DNA of 64,000 nucleotides from Bacteroidales bacterium (GTDB taxonomy: Bacteria; Bacteroidota; Bacteroidia; Bacteroidales; JAQUTK01): positions 24,115 through 88,114 of the forward strand of contig CAXXFJ010000033.1 of NCBI GenBank assembly GCA_963677415.2, written 5' to 3'. The translations under genes and the position numbers were made by a program. This document shows positions 25,553-33,347 of this stretch, one piece after another. The notes beneath the pieces were generated by a model. It did no database searches. It was not told the DNA's origin and worked only from the letters and a program-made list of their open reading frames with translations. Each line of letters starts with the position of its first letter. The first letter of the stretch is position 1.

Positions 25553-26020
25553 ACCCTACATAAGAATTAATATTGAGAATATTGCTGTCCAATAAAAGTT
25601 GGTATCTTTGATACTCCCCCTCTGACGGTCTAATTTGAGGGCACTTTTTATCTATTTTAAAAATGCAACCCCCCTGTATCGTAAAAGAGAACAAGGGAAT
25701 GGAAAGAAAGCTAATCGAGAAGAATTATAAGATTGAAGGATGGCAGTTTTAAGAAGAGTGATTTTCTCTGTTGCAAGTAATTATCTCTTTGCATTGTGAG
25801 CAGTGTAAATCGCATCTTTTTTGCATATCAGCTGGTTCTATCGCAACTTCTTTGCACTTTATCCAGAAAAACGAATATTTGTCGCAAACTTTTTACACTT
25901 TTGAGCCAAATTACTTAATTGCATTATCTGCGGTGTAAAATAGCTATTTTCGTCTTGTTTGTTTGATACTTATAAAACTTTGATTAACTTTGTAAGTGTT
26001 CAAATAATGACATTAAGAAG

Positions 26021-26356
26021 ATGAAAAGCGAACTAAACGATAATATATTGTCTCTTATAGGCAAGACGCCTGACATATTGATGATGGGTATTGCAGAACG
26101 TGTTAAGGAGAGGCGGCTGGAGAAGAATTGGACGCAAAAGATGCTTGCAACAAAAGCAGGAATCTCGTTTAGTTCATACCGACGCTTTGAAGCGTCCGGT
26201 GAAATATCTATGCGCTCCTTGGTAATGATTGCTTTTGCATTGGATATGACCGATGAATTTGATACCCTGTTTTGCGGAAAGACCTACCAAAGCGTTGACG
26301 ATATAATAAATGCAGAGCAATCGAAACAACGAAAGCGAGGAACTAAAAATGGATAA
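26021..26356 (+). CDS. hipB: XRE-family HTH protein, HipB-like antitoxin
   Basis: 111 aa with the HTH 'WTQKMLATKAGISFSSYRRFE'. Its stop overlaps the start of the HipA-like ORF (ATGGATAA). Confidence 0.65.
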   Translation: MKSELNDNILSLIGKTPDILMMGIAERVKERRLEKNWTQKMLATKAGISFSSYRRFEASGEISMRSLVMIAFALDMTDEFDTLFCGKTYQSVDDIINAEQSKQRKRGTKNG

Positions 26357-27467
26357 TATTTCCGTAATAGAGATTTTTATGGCGAGTAGGCGTGTAGGGC
26401 GAATGGCGCTCACGCCTGATGGTTTGTGCGGTTTTGAATATGATACAGATTGGATTCAAACCGGATTTTCCATCTCTCCATATTACCTTCATTTGAAGCC
26501 GGGATTGATAATGGCCAAACGAGATCCATTCAGTGGAAACTTCGGAGTGTTCGATGATAGCCTTCCGGATGGTTGGGGTAATTTATTGCTTGATCGTTAT
26601 TTGCAAGAGAAAGAAATAGATCCCTATAAACTGAATGTCTTAGAGCGACTATCACTCATCGGATCTACAGGACGTGGCTCATTGGAATATCGTCCAGACA
26701 AAAGCATTGCCACTGATGATGAATTTCTTGACTTTAATCGTTTGGCGAAAGAGGCAGAAAATATACTTGAAAGTAAAGAGAGTGCTGGTTCGGTTGACTT
26801 GCTCTATAAATATGGCGGTTCGTCCGGTGGAGCTCGCCCAAAAGTGTTTGCCAAGATAGATGACCGTGAGTGGCTTCTGAAGTTTAAAGCTACATACGAC
26901 CCGGTTAATGTGGGAGAGACTGAGTACAATTACACGTTACTCGCGCGTGAATGTGGAATACGAATGGCAGAAACCCGCTTGTTCGATGGCCGTTATTTTG
27001 GAGTCGAACGATTTGATAGAACTCCTCAAGGTAAGATCCACACCATAAGTGCGGCAGGATTACTACATGCGAATTATCGGATTCCCAGCCTTGACTACTC
27101 TATACTACTAAAACTGACGTTAAATCTTACCAAAGATATGGAGCAGGTAGCCCAAATGTTCCGTCTGATGGTATTTAATATTCTAATTTCCAATCGAGAC
27201 GATCATGCCAAAAACTTCTCCTTCCAATGGGTTAATGGAGTGTGGAAACTCTCGCCTGCCTATGACCTTTTGCCAAGTAGTGGATTTAACGGATACCATA
27301 CCACGACCATAAATGGCAAAGGCGAACCTACATTTTCTGATATCATAGCCGTTGCTTCGGAAGTAGGAATAACCAAACAGCGTGCAACTCAAATTACAGA
27401 AGAAGTGTCGGAAAAGTGTATGAAGGAGAGAATGTCTATGATAATAGTAAAAACAACGAGGTGCTAA
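26349..27467 (+). CDS. hipA: HipA-family serine/threonine kinase toxin
   Basis: The start is at ATG 26349 (MDNISVIEIF). The HipA N-terminal couple domain 'FDDSLPDGWG' is present. The ATP site is 'GGSSGGARPK'. The catalytic motif is 'NRDDHAKNFSF'. Confidence 0.85.
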   Translation: MDNISVIEIFMASRRVGRMALTPDGLCGFEYDTDWIQTGFSISPYYLHLKPGLIMAKRDPFSGNFGVFDDSLPDGWGNLLLDRYLQEKEIDPYKLNVLERLSLIGSTGRGSLEYRPDKSIATDDEFLDFNRLAKEAENILESKESAGSVDLLYKYGGSSGGARPKVFAKIDDREWLLKFKATYDPVNVGETEYNYTLLARECGIRMAETRLFDGRYFGVERFDRTPQGKIHTISAAGLLHANYRIPSLDYSILLKLTLNLTKDMEQVAQMFRLMVFNILISNRDDHAKNFSFQWVNGVWKLSPAYDLLPSSGFNGYHTTTINGKGEPTFSDIIAVASEVGITKQRATQITEEVSEKCMKERMSMIIVKTTRC

Positions 27468-27524
27468 AGTTGACTTTAGCACCTCGTTATCACCAATGTT
27501 GCCAATGGTGACTATTTTCACAAA

Positions 27525-29438
27525 TTACTTTATCAAGATACGCTTCGATTCGCCACTGCCATCTTGCTTGCGAAGTATGTAAATTCCATTGGGGTATTTA
27601 CTTTTCAAGCTTGAAATATCGCCATTGAAGATTTCAACAACTCCCATCCCGATGCCCATAATAGAGTACACCTCATACACTCCATCAAATGTGTCAACTT
27701 GATCATTGTCTACCCCTGTTGATAAGGAAGTAAAAGTTACCTTGTCGATATTGCAAGAGGAACCCTCGATAACAAAACGCATTTTGTAAGTACCTGCTGG
27801 CAAAGTAAATTTTGTACGGCCTTTCACCTCGGTATAAGTCGACCAATTGCTGTTAGGAGATTGTGGCACAGAAATCTTACCGGTAACGTCGTTAAGGCCC
27901 AAATAGATTCTGAAAGAAGAACCGGTCGTTCCCGATGCAACCTTTGCCGTCCAAGCCATCTTCTGCGATTCTTCTATTGTTACGGTATAGTCCAGCCACT
28001 CGCCAGCTGAAGTCCAACCAACAAAAAATTCGTTATTGGCATAGCTACCAATATCAACACCACAATCGGTCCGGTATTTTCCGCCATCATTTTTATTGTC
28101 TGTATCGCTGTAAGCCACACCATTTGCCCCTTTGTCGAAATTTTCCGCTTCTACTATGCCTGGCAAAGCTATTGGTGCTGTTTCAAATGGAGTGCTTGGT
28201 TCGTAAGCCTTAGCCGTGCACGTTTTCTCGAAAAGGAGACTGTCTGCCTTATTGAACACTTTCAATTTAAAGGTATAGTTACCGGCAACTGTAGGAGTCC
28301 ACTTCAGTTCAACCGATGATTCTGTGGTATCGCACAATAGTACGTTGTTGACGTAAACCTGCATCTTGCCAATGGAGTCTTTATCACTGTATGCCTTTGC
28401 CTTAATTGTGGTTTCGGTATTGATTTCAACCATGCTTGACGATGCAGTGATGTAGGCATATGTGCCAACGTTCATTAACGGACTCTTTGCATTTATTGCG
28501 GCATCTGTGAGCATATAGTCACGAAGCCATTTCATAGCGGGACGGTCAACTCCATTTTTGATCAACCCCGAATAGTCAACCCAGGTGGAGCCGTAGATGT
28601 AACCCCATAAGGTTACTCCGGCAACGAAATCAGCCTCCCACATCACAGGGATTTGCTCCTTGTAACGTAGCAGCTGTTGCTGGTCGTCTAGCTTATTGAT
28701 GTCATACTCAGAAATTAGAATAGGAAGTCCTGTTTGGTTGTGTATTTTATAGAGCACGGTTTTGAAATCGGTACCCGACATATCTCCCAGGTCGTGAGCC
28801 TGGCAACCTGCAGCATCAACAGGAGCACCCGCAGCCTTTATTTTTTTCAGCAAATCAATATAAGCATCGGTGTTCCACATGAATGTATTGTAATCATTGT
28901 AGATAAGCACCGCTTTAGGCCAACGCTCACGAGCCATAATAAATGCTTTCACAATCCAATCGTACCCCGATGCGCCATCGCCACCCAGTGCATTTTTATA
29001 GGGTGCCGGTGCATGCCCGGGAAGTGCTTCGTTAACAACATCGATATAATCCAAATCGGGATAACGTGCAGAAGCAGCATCAAACCATTCCGTAATTTCA
29101 TCCAGTTGGTCTTTTTGAGAAAGGTTATCCATCCAACTTGGATATTGGCCGCCCCAAATAAGCGTATGAAATTTGAACGGGATATTGTGATCTTTGCAAT
29201 ACTTATATTCCTTGTCGACTGTAGTCCAATTGAACACATCACGGGTTCCTTCTACCGATCCCCACTTCGTTTCATTTTCAGGTGTCAACTGGTTCCAATA
29301 AGTACTGAAATCACTTCTTACAGTATATGCAGTGGTAATGTTACCCAAAAATTTATTCGGGTTTTTTGATAATTGGGCATATCCGAAAGTACTGCCCATT
29401 GCTAGCAACGTCACTAAAAATATTGCTTTAATCTTCAT
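27525..29438 (-). CDS. GH10 endo-1,4-beta-xylanase with Ig-like, CBM6/35-like and T9SS C-terminal sorting domains
   Basis: 637 aa with a signal peptide. GH10 motifs are 'LTPENETKW', 'VVNEAL' and 'ILISEYDI'. A CBM-like 'AENFDKGANGVAYSDTD...YKMRFVIEG' follows. The C-terminus 'YEVYSIMG...NGIYILRK' is T9SS-CTD-like. Confidence 0.85.
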   Translation of the reverse strand: MKIKAIFLVTLLAMGSTFGYAQLSKNPNKFLGNITTAYTVRSDFSTYWNQLTPENETKWGSVEGTRDVFNWTTVDKEYKYCKDHNIPFKFHTLIWGGQYPSWMDNLSQKDQLDEITEWFDAASARYPDLDYIDVVNEALPGHAPAPYKNALGGDGASGYDWIVKAFIMARERWPKAVLIYNDYNTFMWNTDAYIDLLKKIKAAGAPVDAAGCQAHDLGDMSGTDFKTVLYKIHNQTGLPILISEYDINKLDDQQQLLRYKEQIPVMWEADFVAGVTLWGYIYGSTWVDYSGLIKNGVDRPAMKWLRDYMLTDAAINAKSPLMNVGTYAYITASSSMVEINTETTIKAKAYSDKDSIGKMQVYVNNVLLCDTTESSVELKWTPTVAGNYTFKLKVFNKADSLLFEKTCTAKAYEPSTPFETAPIALPGIVEAENFDKGANGVAYSDTDNKNDGGKYRTDCGVDIGSYANNEFFVGWTSAGEWLDYTVTIEESQKMAWTAKVASGTTGSSFRIYLGLNDVTGKISVPQSPNSNWSTYTEVKGRTKFTLPAGTYKMRFVIEGSSCNIDKVTFTSLSTGVDNDQVDTFDGVYEVYSIMGIGMGVVEIFNGDISSLKSKYPNGIYILRKQDGSGESKRILIK

Positions 29439-29645
29439 CGTAGTTTGTGTATTTTTTAGATATAAATAGTTGGTTTTCTCACAAAGAATCTTGTAAATTT
29501 ACAATAAATCATTGGATTTACTATCAAAATCTGCTCTTAAATTCTTTTCAATAAATGAGTATCTTATATCTTTATGTTATCATTATAAAGTTGATTTATA
29601 CTGAAATGATTACATCGAGATTATAATATTTTATGTGGCGGACGG

Positions 29646-29680
29646 AAAAAGCAATGTGCAAATTTTGCACATTGCTTTTT
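29646..29680. repeat. Perfect 35-nt palindrome (17-nt arms)
   Basis: The sequence is aaaaagcaatgtgcaaa-t-tttgcacattgcttttt. It lies about 210 nt upstream of the GH10 start, and no ORF ends next to it. Confidence 0.9.
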
Positions 29681-29788
29681 GCATCTAATTCACCTTCTGT
29701 GAAAATAATACTTATATGTTTGGTAATCACGCTTCGTTCCCGTTGAAATAGCTCACTAATTTGTCCTAGCGTTTGATAATTGTGGTCT

Positions 29789-29827
29789 TAGCGTACCACA
29801 ACTGTGGAAGTAGCGTAGGACAACTGT
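29789..29827. repeat. Two 17-bp direct repeats bracketed by a 10-bp inverted repeat
   Basis: The repeats are tagcgtaccacaactgt (29789-29805) and tagcgtaggacaactgt (29811-29827). The flanking inverted repeat is tagcgtttga (29767-29776) / tcaaacgcta (29827-29836). Confidence 0.85.
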
Positions 29828-29880
29828 CAAACGCTACACGCTTCCGTATGCGTGGATCCATACATACGGACGCATGAATT

Positions 29881-29965
29881 GTTTCGTCCGTATGTCCGAT
29901 TTGAACCGTATGTTCTACTCATTTGTACTGTATGTTGTTCCGGTTTGTACCTTATGTTCTCCAGG
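29881..29965. repeat. Four tandem 20-22-bp iteron-like units (core CCGTATGT)
   Basis: The units are gtttcgtCCGTATGTccgat, ttgaaCCGTATGTtctactca, tttgtaCTGTATGTtgttccgg and tttgtaCCTTATGTtctccagg. Further copies of the core lie in both orientations at 29843-29849 and 29864-29870. Confidence 0.8.
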
Positions 29966-29995
29966 TTTCATTTAATAGTTTTTTGGGGTGGGTTA

Positions 29996-30102
29996 GGGGA
30001 TTGCGGATCAAGCCCGCAATGACGGTGTGGGGTAGCCCTTGATGGGTTAGGGGGGTGGCAACAGTCATTGAGGGCTCCGACCCGCAATCTCCGTTTTTTT
30101 TT
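29996..30102 (+). terminator. Long interrupted G-rich stem-loop followed by T9 (terminator-like, or the 3' end of a structured RNA)
   Basis: Three paired segments are visible: ggggattgcgg/ccgcaatctcc, agccc/gggct and caatgacggt/acagtcattg. They enclose a 34-nt G-rich loop. TTTTTTTTT follows at 30094-30102. Confidence 0.4.
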
Positions 30103-30164
30103 ATTTATTTTCGTTTTGCAAAATGGTAGATACCATGATTTCAATGCACCAAGAGCACCAAGCC

Positions 30165-30194
30165 ATGCCTTACAGTATGCTGTAAGGCATTTTG
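30165..30194 (+). terminator. Intrinsic-terminator-like hairpin
   Basis: The 11-bp stem atgccttacag / ctgtaaggcat has a tatg loop and is followed by tttt. Confidence 0.55.
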
Positions 30195-30402
30195 GCCTTT
30201 CACTTATTTACTTGCTCGGTTGATAATTGCTTACATAAATGTTTGCTCGGAGGCATTTTGCATACATTATTGCAATCTACTCCATCTAGCCGAAAAGTTT
30301 TCCAATAGTTTTGCTCCTAACTATTTGAAAACTTTGTCGCGCGAACCGTATATCTTTCCGACGTTAACCGTATATCTTTTGTGTCTTTTGAGGAATTTCC
30401 TT

Positions 30403-30619
30403 GTATTTGATAGTGTTTGCAACTAACAATGTATGTAAATAGTATGAAAAGAGCCTTCTGAGCAAATAAACATGTATGCAAATTGTGGCGAGCAATGTAA
30501 AAATTTGGAGATTGACATGACACACAGTATGCTGAGAGTCATATCTCGGTGCAGATGGTGCAGATAAATAGCACTTTTTTACTCATTCCTAAATCGAAAT
30601 TCGAAAAAACAACAGACTT
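30403..30619. repeat. Copy 1 of a ~217-bp direct repeat
   Basis: It starts gtatttgatagtgtttgcaactaacaatgtatg and ends aaatcgaaattcgaaaaaacaacagactt. It aligns by eye with 30761-30976 and has a divergent central segment. Confidence 0.85.
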
Positions 30620-30625
30620 ACATGA

Positions 30626-30745
30626 AACACAGGAATGGCAAACCTGTTTGGTAAAGCCAGTAACACTATTACCGAACATATACAAAACGTGTTTAATGAG
30701 GGTGAGTTAAACGAAGAAGTGGTATGTCGGAATTTCCGACTAACC
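30626..30745 (+). pseudogene. Internal fragment of a rhuM-family (virulence protein RhuM-like) gene
   Basis: The translation 'MANLFGKASNTITEHIQNVFNEGELNEEVVCRNFRLTT' matches the conserved RhuM core '..QMAELF......I..HI.NIF.EGEL.E..V...F..T'. The N- and C-terminal parts of the gene are absent. Confidence 0.6.
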
Positions 30746-30760
30746 ACCATGGAGAAACAC

Positions 30761-30976
30761 GTATTTGATAGTGTTTGCAATTAACAATGTATGCAAATAC
30801 TATGAAAAGAGCCTTCTGAGCAAATAAACATGGTTGCAAATTGTGGCGATAAAATGTAGAAAATGGAAATTGACATGACACACAAGCCTTCAAATGGCAT
30901 ATTGGGGTGGAGGGGTGTAGATAAATAGTACTTTTTTACTGATTTCTAAATCGAAATTCAAAAAAACAACAGACTT
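30761..30976. repeat. Copy 2 of the ~217-bp direct repeat
   Basis: See 30403-30619. Both copies are preceded by ggaatttcc, which encodes 'RNF' of the rhuM fragment in copy 2. Confidence 0.85.
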
Positions 30977-31241
30977 GACACACTGGGATGGATGAATACT
31001 TAAATCTAAACCGGTATCCAAACGTGTGAAGGACTCATACGATATTTTGGGCCTATCTCATTAAGTGCAATGCAATGAAAATATTTATGAATAAATCGAC
31101 AATGTTATTGAAAATATTTCTTTTCTTTGTATTTGTCTTAATTATTATAGTAACAAGAGACCTCACATGAGTATCGTTGAGACGTTTATGTTTTTACGGG
31201 CTAAAACAATAAAATTCTATGATTATATTAAACTTTGCGAC

Positions 31242-33005
31242 ATGAAAAATTCACGTTTAGTAGCTCAAATACTATTTTTTATTCTTTCTGTTTCATTACA
31301 GGCACAAACAACATATTATGTCAAATCCGGTAGTACGGGCAGAGGGTCTTCATGGTCAGAAGCTTCTGGTAGTATTCAAACGATGCTTGATAAAGCCGTA
31401 TCTGGTGATGTAATATGGGTAGCTTCAGGTACTTATAAAACTGCACGTTTTGAAGGTTTTTTATTAAAGCGGGGTGTAAACATATATGGTGGTTTTAATG
31501 GTACTGAAACAAGTTCATCCCAGAGAGAAATAATAGATACAGACTCAAATGGGGTCATTGATGCATGGGAATTCAAAAATCAAACAATCATTGATGCTCA
31601 AAATCATGGTCGTTGTATTACTGGAAATTTCTATGGCTATAATAGTCCATATATTATTTTTGATGGTTTTACCGTTCAAAATGGCAAGATAAATGATGCT
31701 AGTTTAGCAGGAGGAGGGATTGACGCTCAGAATGATTTAACTATACAGAATTGTATTGTGAAAAATTGCTCTTCTGTAACCTGCGGAGGTGGAATTTATT
31801 GCAATAATTCAAGCTTAGAAATAAATAATTGTAAAGTTATAAATTGCAGTTCTGGACAAGGTGGTGGAATTGCTTCCTCTGGTGTAGTGAGTAATTGTGA
31901 CATCAGTTACTGCACTGCTTCCTCTGGTGGTGGAATATGCGCCACAAGAGTTTTTAGATGTACAGTTACAAATTGTAGTGGTGGATGGGGTGGTGGCATT
32001 TATGCGTCTACTTTTACATATAGTCCTTATTCGTCAAAATATACATACATATCAGGTTGTACAGTTACAAATTGTAGTGGTGGATTTGGTGGTGGCATTT
32101 ACTCTACATTTAGTGTAAGTCATTGCAAAATAAGTAACTGTAATTCTAGTTTTGCAGGTGGCGGTATTTGTTTGAGCGAATATGGGTATTGCGCAAACTG
32201 TCTTATTGAAAATTGTTTTTCTCTTGGTGAGGGTGGAGGTATAAATTCTTCTACTTCTGGCACTGCTAATCTTGTGGCAGGTGTTTATAATTCAAATATT
32301 TTAAATTGTTCTGCTTCAACATTTGGTGGTGGCATATATTCTAACTCTACAACTGAAGATGCTTTTCTGAATAATAATATAATTGTAAACTGTTCTGCAA
32401 ATAATGATGGTGGTGGCATTTATTGCAATAATTCTTATTCCCATATAAATAATTGTGCTGCAACAAATAATTTTGTTGGTACAGTAGTTTCAAATTTCGT
32501 ATTTGGTTCTCAATCAGGGAATATAACCCCGAACTTAAACTCTATATTTGTAAAACCAACTAATTTTATTGGTAAAGCAAATAATAGTGAAGATTATACT
32601 AGTTTATCGGCTGCTAATTGGCATTTAAAGATGGGGTCTCCTTGTATTAACGCCGGAACTTCATATAATTTGCCGAAAGCACTACTTTCAGGCGATGATT
32701 TAGATAATAATTCAAGAGTTTTATATGGTAGAATTGATATGGGCGCATATGAATATGCAGATGTTTTAAGTGCAATTAATTCACCTTTTATTGATAAATA
32801 TAAGTATGAGATTATTGATGATTTAGTTGTTATTAAAGAGTTGACACCTAATTCAGTTGTTAGGCTTTTTGACATTGCTGGTAAAATTATTCTGAGTAAT
32901 AATGTAGATGCAGAATCTTCAACGTTCAGATTACCTCACAAAGGTATCTATATAATCAATGTAACCTCTGGCAACAAAATTGTAAACAGAAAAATAATAT
33001 GGTAA
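31242..33005 (+). CDS. Right-handed beta-helix (Pmp-like 'NCS...GGGIY' repeat) protein with T9SS C-terminal sorting domain
   Basis: The ATG at 31242 gives the signal peptide MKNSRLVAQILFFILSVSLQAQ. There are more than 10 repeats of the form N-C-S/T-x(3-6)-GGGI-Y/C. The C-terminus 'VVRLFDIAGKII...KGIYIINV' is CTD-like. The DNA is AT-rich. Confidence 0.7.
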   Translation: MKNSRLVAQILFFILSVSLQAQTTYYVKSGSTGRGSSWSEASGSIQTMLDKAVSGDVIWVASGTYKTARFEGFLLKRGVNIYGGFNGTETSSSQREIIDTDSNGVIDAWEFKNQTIIDAQNHGRCITGNFYGYNSPYIIFDGFTVQNGKINDASLAGGGIDAQNDLTIQNCIVKNCSSVTCGGGIYCNNSSLEINNCKVINCSSGQGGGIASSGVVSNCDISYCTASSGGGICATRVFRCTVTNCSGGWGGGIYASTFTYSPYSSKYTYISGCTVTNCSGGFGGGIYSTFSVSHCKISNCNSSFAGGGICLSEYGYCANCLIENCFSLGEGGGINSSTSGTANLVAGVYNSNILNCSASTFGGGIYSNSTTEDAFLNNNIIVNCSANNDGGGIYCNNSYSHINNCAATNNFVGTVVSNFVFGSQSGNITPNLNSIFVKPTNFIGKANNSEDYTSLSAANWHLKMGSPCINAGTSYNLPKALLSGDDLDNNSRVLYGRIDMGAYEYADVLSAINSPFIDKYKYEIIDDLVVIKELTPNSVVRLFDIAGKIILSNNVDAESSTFRLPHKGIYIINVTSGNKIVNRKIIW

Positions 33006-33214
33006 ACCAATTAGATATATTAAAAAGAATAGAAGAGTTAATCAACAAGAAATGTCAATTAAAGCTGAAATCAGGTGAAATATTTACTGGCTTAATTGAT
33101 AAATTTGAAGTTAACTCGAAGGTCACTCAACTTCGTATTACTCTTCTTATTGAAGAGAACGAAAAAGAAATATTTTTACTTTCAAAAATTGAAGAATTAA
33201 TCGAGTTAGAATAG
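32999..33214 (+). CDS. Small hypothetical protein (71 aa), start overlaps the stop of the beta-helix gene
   Basis: ATGGTAA gives a start/stop overlap. 'LKLKSGEIFTGLIDKFE' is loosely Sm-like. There is no other support. Confidence 0.3.
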   Translation: MVNQLDILKRIEELINKKCQLKLKSGEIFTGLIDKFEVNSKVTQLRITLLIEENEKEIFLLSKIEELIELE

Positions 33215-33347
33215 GAATGCGAAGCTCATCACCCGCATTACAGTTTTTGCCGAGGATAATGACCTTCTCCGCAGTCACTTTCAGACCATATTGTCACTGT
33301 TAGCTGAAAGAAAAAAATAATTTACCAAACCACAAATAATTACTATT

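Noticed and set aside
28734-29369. A 211-aa ORF antisense to the GH10 gene. Similar long antisense ORFs occur at 53733-54380, 36616-37143, 14712-15104 and 38962-39363.
   Set aside because: Each lies fully inside, and opposite to, a gene with strong family motifs. Their translations are low-complexity (rich in I/F/R/C/H), with no motifs or signal features. They are typical shadow ORFs.
29881-29965. A possible CRISPR array.
   Set aside because: The units are contiguous 20-22-bp imperfect repeats with no unique spacers between them. There are only four copies, and the window has no cas genes or leader-like context.
29985-30055. Telomere-like TTAGGG repeats.
   Set aside because: Only two GGGTTAGGGG copies occur, separated by unrelated sequence inside a hairpin. 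This is not a tandem array and the context is bacterial.
30220-30893. Four 63-68-aa ORFs on both strands (30220-30426, 30317-30523, 30589-30780, 30693-30893).
   Set aside because: They are generated by the two copies of the 217-bp repeat and have mutually overlapping frames on opposite strands. Only the segment 30626-30745 shows real protein similarity (the rhuM fragment).
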